Below, in pieces: positions 1 to 7,869 of a DNA stretch of 15,975 nucleotides. The DNA lies in assembly GCA_024626585.2 (NCBI GenBank), contig JANKJI020000002.1:226947579-226963553 (forward strand), given 5' to 3'. Each line of letters opens with the position of its first letter. Position 1 is the first letter of the stretch. The notes below the pieces were generated by a model. The model was not told the origin of the DNA. It ran no database searches and saw only the letters and a list, made by a program, of their open reading frames with translations. This DNA is from Ginkgo biloba. Lineage: Eukaryota; Plantae; Ginkgophyta. Position numbers and translations under genes: made by a program.

Positions 1-224
1 GAAATAGAATCACCAAATAGTTTCTTCCTATGTTAATTCGAGGAAAATGTAAAAGAAACAATGTGATGTGTGGAAGATTAGATGGAGAAACAAATATAGA
101 GAATTCAAATTAGCAAAGGAAAAATTCTTGATCTAACTCAATTTTCTCCAAAGGATGTTATATTTAAAAAAATATTATAATCATTTCGATATTAGTGAAC
201 TATCAATAAAAATAGCTCAAAACT

Positions 225-353
225 TCTATGAGAATAGAAGAACTCAACAAAGATGTGAACAAAGTTTCTATAGGCATAAAAGAACTCAAGAAAGTTGTCA
301 ATAGAATTTCAAAAAGGATAAAAGAATTGAACGAAATTAGTACAAAGTTTCTA
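225..353 (+). repeat. Three degenerate tandem units of 42/42/41 bp encoding a coiled-coil-like 14-aa repeat
   Basis: Units start at 225, 267 and 309 (TCTATGAGAATAGAAGAACTC.. / TCTATAGGCATAAAAGAACTC.. / TCAAAAAGGATAAAAGAATTG..). They translate as SMRIEELNKDVNKV / SIGIKELKKVVNRI / SKRIKELNEISTK. Confidence 0.6.
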
Positions 354-782
354 GAGTTGCTACAAATGTTAAAGAATAGAGCACTAATGGAATGGTTGGT
401 CATAGTGTATGGGTTGGAATGATAATCCAGAGCTTATGGTTTGTATGATTGGATTTGTAGCCATTTTTAGAATCAATTATATATTTTTTTGAGCGATATT
501 TTAGTAATTAATTTACGATTTCACATTTCTTCCATCCGTGTTCGATCTACTTCATAATGTCATATACAAAATACTTTATATTTCTAAATATACAAAAGCA
601 TATGACATAAAAGGATTGATGAACACTAAGTTGATTTAAGTAATCATCTTTTAGATATCTTCAATATGCAATTAAATTTTTTTTAATTGAAATATGTTTA
701 TTATAGGGGTAGATGGACATAATTCAAAATTTTATCTAATAGATTTTACAAATGGATGCATGAATGTGCACTTCCAAATTTT

Positions 783-901
783 TAGATATATAGTATAGAT
801 AGATAAATAGATATAGATATAAATATATATACATATAAATATGTATATATATATATATATATGTGTGTGGGTGTATGTGTGGGTGTGTGTGTGTGTGTGT
901 G
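783..901. repeat. Compound microsatellite (TAGA/TA)n-(TA)n-(TG)n
   Basis: Visible TATATA run at about 844-862, then a TGTGTG run with GGG interruptions to 901. This explains the spurious HTHT/YIYI ORF at 732..938. Confidence 0.95.
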
Positions 902-1249
902 CACATACTAGTATATGTGCATGGAAAATAATTACCATAAAATATTAATTTATTAATATTTAAATAAAATCCTAGTCATATTTCTTAATATTTTATTGTT
1001 ATTAATATTACTTTAAAACATTTAAAGTATGGATTGNNNNNNNNNNNNNNNNNNNNNNNNNNNNNNNNNNNNNNNNNNNNNNNNNNNNNNNNNNNNNNNN
1101 NNNNNNNNNNNNNNNNNNNNNNNNNNNNNNNNNNNNAAGTCAATAATTAATTAGATTTAAATTTAAAAAATTATAAATAATACTAACAAAATAATATGAA
1201 AATATCCATACTAGAAACACCTAAAAAAAAATAGATACCCATTTCGGCA

Positions 1250-1576
1250 AACCTATAGTTAACTACGATTAGTTGAATTCTTAACTATATTCAATCAACA
1301 CTTAAAATTAGTTTGATTAATTATTAACAATAATCACTTGGTTATATATTTAAACCCTCTATAAAATAAAATAAACCTCAAATTGATCATACATTTGCAT
1401 AATTGTGTTAGTTGAATGTTTAACTATNNNNNNNNNNNNNNNNNNNNNNNNNNNNNNNNNNNNNNNNNNNNNNNNNNNNNNNNNNNNNNNNNNNNNNNNN
1501 NNNNNNNNNNNCCACAACCTAAGAGTGGTTAAACCAATACTTAACTATGGTTCGGTCAATACATAATTATAACTAT
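1250..1576. repeat. Dispersed TTAACTA/TAGTT(G)AA motif cluster, possibly subterminal repeats of a decayed non-autonomous DNA transposon
   Basis: TTAGTTGAATTCTTAACTAT (1269-1288) and TTAGTTGAATGTTTAACTAT (1408-1427), plus TAGTTAACTA (about 1256-1265) and ACTTAACTATGG (about 1539-1550). No termini could be defined. Confidence 0.4.
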
Positions 1577-2427
1577 TCTTATATAAAAATATTAAAATAT
1601 TAACAAAATAATATTTTATTGCAATTACTTTTATAATAATGAGTAAAATATTAATGTTGTGAAGATCTTATAGATTCATGTTTTTATTTGGTGGATGATT
1701 CTTATTTTCAAAAACAAAGTATAGAANNNNNNNNNNNNNNNNNNNNNNNNNNNNNNNNNNNNNNNNNNNNNNNNNNNNNNNNNNNNNNNNNNNNNNNNNN
1801 NNNNAAAAATATAAAAAAAAAAAAATTAAATGTTTATGTTATTCTCTCTCTGTGGTGTATGTAATCATTAGATTTTGTCATGAAGTATAATTGACTACAA
1901 ATAGCATAAATTTCTTTTTAATTTTATTGATTTTCTCTCTTAATCACCTTCCTAACTTATGTAACAAGATTACCATTTGTTAGTATTGAAGGTGAACTTA
2001 ATTATAGTAATTTAAGATAAAAATTATAATTGGATAATAAATGTAAAATAATTGGAATTGCAACATATCATATAGAACATTACATATAAAAAATTTCCTT
2101 TGTTGTTGTGGATTTACAAGCTAAAATGTAATGATGACGTCTTGGTTACTTTTTTGTCTATGTTTTTATGCAATTGTAATTCTAGAAGACAGCGGGAAAA
2201 ACAACACTTGGAGTGACGGTGAATTAATGACCAATAATATTTCTTCTTGAATTGTTATTGTGGCAATCTATTGCCACGGGTATGTACTCATATTNNNNNN
2301 NNNNNNNNNNNNNNNNNNNNNNNNNNNNNNNNNNNNNNNNNNNNNNNNNNNNNNNNNNNNNNNNNNNNNNNNNNNNNNNNNACAATAGCACAAATTTGAA
2401 AAACACAGTTACCATATCTAAAATTGG

Positions 2428-2613
2428 ATTTCTGAAAGGCCTAATTGTAAAACATTGAACTGGTTTCCAAAGCACAATTTACACTTTGCCAGATTCCTTA
2501 TGATATTATGGCTATGGTTAATTTGAATAAAATGCAGAGATTCAATACTATAATACATTTCTCAAAGGCCTAATGGTCAAACTTTCAACTGGTTTCCGCA
2601 ATTTACAATTTGC
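2428..2613. repeat. Imperfect ~60-bp direct repeat (2428-2489 and 2557-2613) downstream of the snRNP gene stop
   Basis: ATTTCTGAAAGGCCTAATTGTAAAACATTGAACTGGTTTCCAAAGCACAATTTACACTTTGC versus ATTTCTCAAAGGCCTAATGGTCAAACTTTCAACTGGTTTCCGCAATTTACAATTTGC. Confidence 0.85.
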
Positions 2614-3041
2614 TATGCAGTGTTTTTTCCTTTCTCATGCATAGAATGGTACATGCTTACAGTGGGGGATAAAAGAGTGGTGACAGTTGACTTCAAATAC
2701 TTATTTCTGTTTGCCAGTCCAAACGAACTGTATGGTACTCTATTACATTTTCAAAAGCAATAAAAACACTCTTTCAGAAGTAAGATTTTTCTAACCAGAC
2801 AGCCTAATAATTCAAAAATCTGTCTATTTTCAAGTAAATTTNNNNNNNNNNAACAAGGGCATATTACTTGTATACATCTTCCAACCACTGGGTGAATATG
2901 GGAAAAACACATGCTCAAAAAGTCCAACTGCCTTTCAATGGACATTGACAGTGAAGGGAAACTATGAAGAAATTGGAAAAATAATGTCAGGGTACCTGAA
3001 ATAATGATACAAGATAACATCTAACAGCATCTGTGAAAGAA

Positions 3042-3298
3042 TCATTTCTTGGCATAACTAATATTCATTGGATTTTGGGGGGTGATTTTGAANNNNNNNN
3101 NNNNNNNNNNNNNNNTTCCACGAAAGCAATGCCAGGCTTTGCTTCAATCATACGGACTTCCTTGAAACCCGGGTACTGCTGGAAGAGCATCTGCAGCATC
3201 ATAGTGGTTGTCTCATGGGGTAGGTTCTGGATAAACAATATATTGTTAGGTGGGGCAGGTGCCTCTTGTGGACTTGGCTTGCCTGCTTGGAATTGTGC
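3042..3298 (-). CDS. U2B'': Terminal coding exon (linker end + C-terminal RRM2) of a U2 snRNP B''/U1A (SNF) family spliceosomal protein
   Basis: Minus strand reads [61 protein letters not shown]-[23 N, 3093-3115][16 protein letters not shown] with TGA at 3044-3042. It has RNP2 (ILFIQNL) and RNP1 (PGIAFVE). It is preceded by a canonical acceptor, TTGTTTTGCAG (AG at 3300-3299). The ending [16 protein letters not shown] fits plant U2B'' as I recall it; U2B'' versus U1A orthology is less certain than the family call. Confidence 0.92.
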
Positions 3299-3849
3299 CT
3301 GCAAAACAATTTATATAAACACAATTATGGGGGTGGAATGGAAAGTATGGATAATACAGATTAGTAATAGGCTCTACAAAAAAATTATAGTGACAACACA
3401 GCTGTATTAAGTAATGGGACCACAATTGGTTCGTTTCCTTCCTTTTTTCAAATGTTCAAAGCAAGCACAACAAATTTGAGAATCCTATCTATAGCATCCT
3501 TAAGCCACTCACACTAAGTTGAGAAAAGCACCATAGGTCTAAGAGAAAACAGCGCACAAGGAAGAGGATGTGTTTCAACTTTCAGGTAAAGAAAAATAAC
3601 TTTACTGCTATGACTTTGAAACCAACAGGCAACAAGTATGAAGGGAAACTCTATCTGCAACATGCTAGCTTAAGGGCTACTTTGCACAACCCATTTAGGT
3701 ATGTTAAATTTTTTGGCATTACATGGTTTTCTCAAGTTATTTAGTATAATTGCTATTCAAATGCGTTGGAGATTAAAGCCTTAGCTGCCTAACCTTTACA
3801 TTCCAGTTTCTTGTGTCTCAATAGCACAACGATGCCCGGAAGAGCAGTA

Positions 3850-4830
3850 GACCGCTGTCAGGCTCCAAATCTCTCCACTTGAACATTATCATGGCAAAAC
3901 TTCACCACTTTGATTACGCCTTATCAGGCTTAGCCGTATTTTTAATTCCATGATTCACCGGACATTAGTAGATGTACTAGGGAAAAGCTCCAGAAAGAAA
4001 TGCACATATACCACAACACTCATAATCTGTATCTTCTATTTGGTGGGCAACTATTCCATGCCATCTTTAATTCCGAGTGCATTCGCCATACTCAGCAGGT
4101 GCAACATGGCTAAGCTTACATCGCTACTACTTACTAGACTCGTATCTTATCTGCATACAATAGGATGCTACCAGGAGGAACAACTATATCTGGTCCTCTG
4201 TTCTTCTCAGAAAATAGTTGCACTGAACCATTAATTTCACAAGCAATGCTGGTACTCAGAGATTTCCTCATACAGACTATTGATATCCCCACAGACCGAC
4301 ACATTTCCTCACTACTACAGACTATTTATATCTCCATCAACCAACAATGTGCATACAGATTCTCCTTGGACGCTCCAACCTCCTACTAAGCAAGAACTAG
4401 ATTACTAGGTATCTACAGGAGGGATGTTAATAGGGGCATCTATTCATACCCTCTGGATCTCACCTCTAAGTTGTCCTTCTGTGCCAAGTGTTTCCTGCGT
4501 ATATCAAATGGTGTGATTGCTCTTTGCGAGTTCCTTATATGACATCATTCTCATGGCTTGAGATTGTCCGTATTCCAGCTTCTGGTCTGCTCACATCAGC
4601 ACATAGCATTTGCAAACTTTGTTCATGGGAGGTTGTGACAAAGGATCATTTCATTTTCAGGTGTCTAGTCAACATGTCTTGCTATTTTGGCTTGGGCCTA
4701 CACTTTCTCCAATGTCACTCCTCTTCTTGGATCCTTGAACCTTTTCTACAAGGTCCTTGACCAATATCTGGCTAATGTTTTCCGTGAAAGTCCACTTCCA
4801 AGCTGTGTGATTGTGCAATTCGCAACTGAA
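3850..4830 (+). mobile_element. Highly degenerate 3' part of a non-LTR retrotransposon (LINE) ORF2, non-L1 type (RTE/RTEX-like C-terminus)
   Basis: Fragments occur in shifting frames in the expected order: ...RLVSYLHTI..., YRFSLDAP, FSWLEIVR...ICKLCSWEVVTKDHFIFRC (the CxxC...HFxxxC terminal Cys/His motif of LINE ORF2), then GSLNLFYKVLDQYLANVFRE. There are many stops and frameshifts. The clade call is from recalled motif resemblance, not a search, and the boundaries are approximate. Confidence 0.55.
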
Positions 4831-5109
4831 TTGTCTAGATCCTCCTCATTTATTGACAGGCAATCCTCCCATTAATGTGTTCAAGAATACAATTCCCCGA
4901 TGTCTTGGACTTTGACCTCTCTGGTATAGTATATGAAGGGCAGAGATCTGCAACCAGTGAAGCAGGGGGTTATGTTCGCATGGCTTTGTCCTGGTGGGCA
5001 TCCCAGGGCATTGTGCCAACCACAATAATAGACAAATCGGGCAATGGCAAGGACTCTCCAACTTATGGTGGGATCGTTGCAAACCAGCTCGATTGGTCAA
5101 CGGTAGTTT

Positions 5110-5910
5110 AGCAGATGTGTGCTAGTGTTCTGGCCAAACAAAGCTGCTTCCAATTAAGTGTCCTTTTTGGCAAGTCGGTGCATCCAGTTTGTTTTAATTC
5201 TGCCCATCTGAAATATGACCAACGTAGCACCTTGCTCATCTTCTGACTGAATACTGTTGCATTATCAACTACAATTTGTTCCTTTTGGTATCATGCTACC
5301 CACATAAGTAAGGAAGGAAACTCCAAACTATTGTCACTGGTAGGTAGGTCAATGTTTGGAAATTGCACCAATAGCAATACAATGAATATAGTTGGTATTA
5401 AAGAAAGAAGAAGTGCAAGGTGCATCCAGGATTCATTTCAGCAATGCATGCATTTTAATTTAGACATAAGCACATCATTAAACTGCACCGCCTTATGTAC
5501 CTCCTGGACCATGGTGNNNNNNNNNNNNNNNNNNNNNNNNNNNNNNNNNNNNNNNNNNNNNNNNNNNNNNNNNNNNNNNNNNNNNNNNNNNNNNNNNNNN
5601 NNNNNNNNNNNNNNNNNNNNNNNNNNNNNNNNNNNNNNNCACCTTTTCACACAATTCTTGTGCAATTGCTTGGCAGTCTGCTTCTGCTGGCACTTTTGGG
5701 CCATCTCGAGAAAACCCCAAAACATGATGAATTTGAGCTTCAGTGATCTGCAGTAGGTCAGGAACTACCACTGTCCCTGCAACAGTTGGAAGTATGTTCG
5801 GCTCACAAAATTCTCTCCAATTTCAATGTCGGTAGAAAACCCACTCTGCTGGCTTGTGAGGCAAAGTTTATGATCATTGTTGAATTATTGCCAATCAGTT
5901 TTGGTAGTTG
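5110..5910 (-). pseudogene. Decayed ORF remnant, probably a TE accessory ORF
   Basis: Protein-like minus-strand stretches broken by stops, frameshifts and a gap: DIEIGENFVSRTYF / TVAGTVVVPDLLQITEAQIHHVLGFSRDGPKVP..., and YQKEQIVVDNATVFSQKMSKVLRWSYFRWAELKQ...LARTLAHIC*. The ITExxIxxVxG pattern recalls accessory ORFs of plant LTR elements. No firm family assignment. Confidence 0.3.
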
Positions 5911-6239
5911 CTGTGTTGTGCTCCTTATTTACTAGACCTCACTAGGTTATGCAAGCCTAGATTCACGATTAACAACTATGTTCATACATCGAGATCATAC
6001 AAACACATATTGCACATAGATCCCATAAATTATGCATAGCGCATTGAATAAATGCAAATGATGTGGGCATAATCTCATGCATTCATTTATTAACAATAGA
6101 TAGTGCAAGAAACTCTCACCATCAAGCACTACTTATCTCTAATGGATCCTCTTAGATCCCAAGAGATGGTCCTACAAGTGTAGAGGCATGATTGGCCAAT
6201 GGCGACCCATGCTTCAAGGGCAAAGCATGATTAGAGAGG

Positions 6240-6612
6240 ATGGCATAGGAGAAATGTAAAGCTTACCAATTGATTGATTGGCTTCAAATTTTCTTTTTGC
6301 ATCTAATCAAAGGAGGAATTGATAGAAATGGTCAAGGAAACCAAAAGAAATGGATTTATTCATCCAACCATCAACTTGATCTGTGTTGCTCTTATCCCAA
6401 AGTCAAAAGGTATAAGAGAACTTAATTGTTGGTGATAGATAGCCCTGGGCAGAGTGATATACAAGATAATCTCAAAAAAAATTGTGAACAGGATTCAAGC
6501 ATGTGCACCCAGGATATTTTCACAAAACCAATCAGGATTTGTCAAAGGGAGCAAAAGTTTTTATAACATCACAATAATGCCATAGGCAATGCACACTATT
6601 GATTATCTAGAG
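6240..6612 (+). mobile_element. Degenerate L1-clade LINE reverse transcriptase fragment (N-terminal RT motifs)
   Basis: One frame gives EELIEMVKETKRNGFIHPTINLICVALIPKSKGIRELNCW**IALGRVIYKIISKKIVNRIQACAPRIFSQNQSGFVKGSKSFYNITIMP*AMHTI. This matches the plant L1 consensus order (N.T.I.LIPK ... WRPISLCNVxYKIISK.L.NR ... Q.GFV.GR...DN). Confidence 0.88.
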
Positions 6613-6792
6613 CTTATTATGTGTACAACGGAAGGCAAATTTACAACAACTAAGATTCACATTAATTAGCAGCAGTCATAAGAAAGAGACTTAAGTTTAT
6701 TATAACAAAAGAAAAATGAAGAAGGGATTTTACATCAAGCTTTAAGAGTAGTAGCTATAAAGAATGATCACCACTTTTAAGAGATTGCATAG

Positions 6793-7329
6793 TGATATTT
6801 GGACGTAACACTTTTTTTCTGGTCGTAACTAACAGTTAGTTGCAACTAGTAGCTAGTAGTAATTTGCACTCTGGTCACAACATAGCATATATTCTTCAGT
6901 CGCAACACTGCAAACATACTTGAGTTACATCATGACATTTGTACCTTCGTCGCCAATATTAATAATAGATTAGTCATAGTTAGTTAAGAGTTAAGAACAA
7001 CACAGAATGATGACCTTTTATAAAAGTCGTAAATGAAGAGGCATGCAACTAGTATTTATATTCATTGTAATCATCTATCGATATCATTCTGATTGTATCT
7101 TATATTCACATATTCATATACTCAACCATGTATTGTGATGCAATGAGAATATAATCAATTTCTTCATACTATAACCTCAAGATTCTTAGAGGACGCACGC
7201 TTTGTTGTTGAGAGCAACACCACATATCTCCTCTTTGCCTACTAGAGTGTATTCTTGCAATCATGTTGTCCATGCAATCAAGTCATTAATAATCAATTAT
7301 CTTTGTTAAGCAGACTACAACAAACATCA
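6793..7329. mobile_element. Possible LTR-like segment
   Basis: TG...CA ends with an 8/9 terminal inverted repeat (TGATATTTG at 6793, CAAACATCA ending 7329), non-coding interior, and TATA-like TTTATAAAAG near 7017. No target-site duplication, PBS or PPT was found. Confidence 0.3.
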
Positions 7330-7449
7330 GTTCCTTTACATAAAGTACANNNNNNNNNNNNNNNNNNNNNNNNNNNNNNNNNNNNNNNNNNNNNNNNNNN
7401 NNNNNNNNNNNNNNNNNNNNNNNNNNNNNNNNNNNNNNNNNNNNNNNNN

Positions 7450-7470
7450 ATATATATATATATATATATA
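7450..7470. repeat. (TA)n microsatellite at contig edge
   Basis: ATATATATATATATATATATA directly after a 100-N gap. Confidence 0.9.
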
Positions 7471-7758
7471 GTATTAAATTTATTTATATGTGTGTGGGTG
7501 TCGACGCACAGCAAACATAGGGTGCGCCCTCGTACGTCGACACGCACCCAGGGTGCCCCCTCACACCCACACACCTAGAACGAGGTGCACCTCCGGTTTG
7601 CGCACTTGGCCAAGCGGGTTCGCAAACCCATTAAGATGCGCTGTATGGATTTATACAACGTGGATAGGCAAAAATATAGAGCAAAAAATCAACATTCAAT
7701 AAGGCTTTAATGTAGAAATTAAGGCGCATTTATTAACCCACTAACATCCAAAATAACA
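7471..7758 (+). mobile_element. Probable 3' portion of the 5' LTR of gypsy-like copy 1
   Basis: Non-coding, contains a GC-rich palindromic core, ends ...AAATAACA (7751-7758), and is followed after TATT by a TGG-initiated PBS-like sequence and then Gag. Confidence 0.45.
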
Positions 7759-7762
7759 TATT

Positions 7763-7791
7763 TGGTGATTCCAACAATGTAGTTGGGGGTC
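7763..7791 (+). promoter_or_regulatory. Degenerate primer binding site (tRNA-Arg-like; tRNA-Trp alternative)
   Basis: TGGTGATTCCA matches the recalled plant tRNA-Arg(ACG) complement TGGCGACTCCA at 9/11, both mismatches C>T. After 9 extra nt, TTGGGGGTC matches CTGGGGATC at 7/9. The alternative tRNA-Trp complement TGGTGAACCCGACG matches 10/14. Confidence 0.45.
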
Positions 7792-7869
7792 TATTCAATC
7801 CCTTGTAGGCTTCAACCAATCAAGCACAATACAATCAAACGAATTCTAGAAACTTGCAAATAAGTAACA

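Noticed and set aside
732-938. HT/YI-repeat ORF, and similar ORFs at 7255-7578
   Set aside because: Translations of (TG)n/(TA)n microsatellites and N gaps.
3093-3115. Apparent frameshift in the U2B''-like exon (ORF track ends SKSPPKIQ)
   Set aside because: The frame change falls inside a 23-N gap. Homologues have about 16 residues (about 48 nt) between FVE and FKI, so the gap is probably mis-sized. The correct ending [16 protein letters not shown] is intact, so this is not evidence of a pseudogene.
3033-3410. 125-aa plus-strand ORF
   Set aside because: Antisense shadow of the real snRNP exon.
3855-3895. Possible intronic C/D snoRNA on the minus strand (ATGATA...CTGA)
   Set aside because: The C box is imperfect, the box spacing is too short, there is no terminal stem, and the region overlaps the LINE relic.
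5930-6235. LTR-like non-coding stretch with small palindromes (ATTGGCCAAT, CATGCTT/AAGCATG)
   Set aside because: No definable TG..CA termini, TSD, PBS or PPT, so it is not supportable as a feature.
7512-7521. CAAACATAGG, a near reverse complement of the hAT terminus CCTATGTTTC
   Set aside because: It lies upstream of the left end rather than downstream, sits on another contig, has no TSD, and is too short to be significant.
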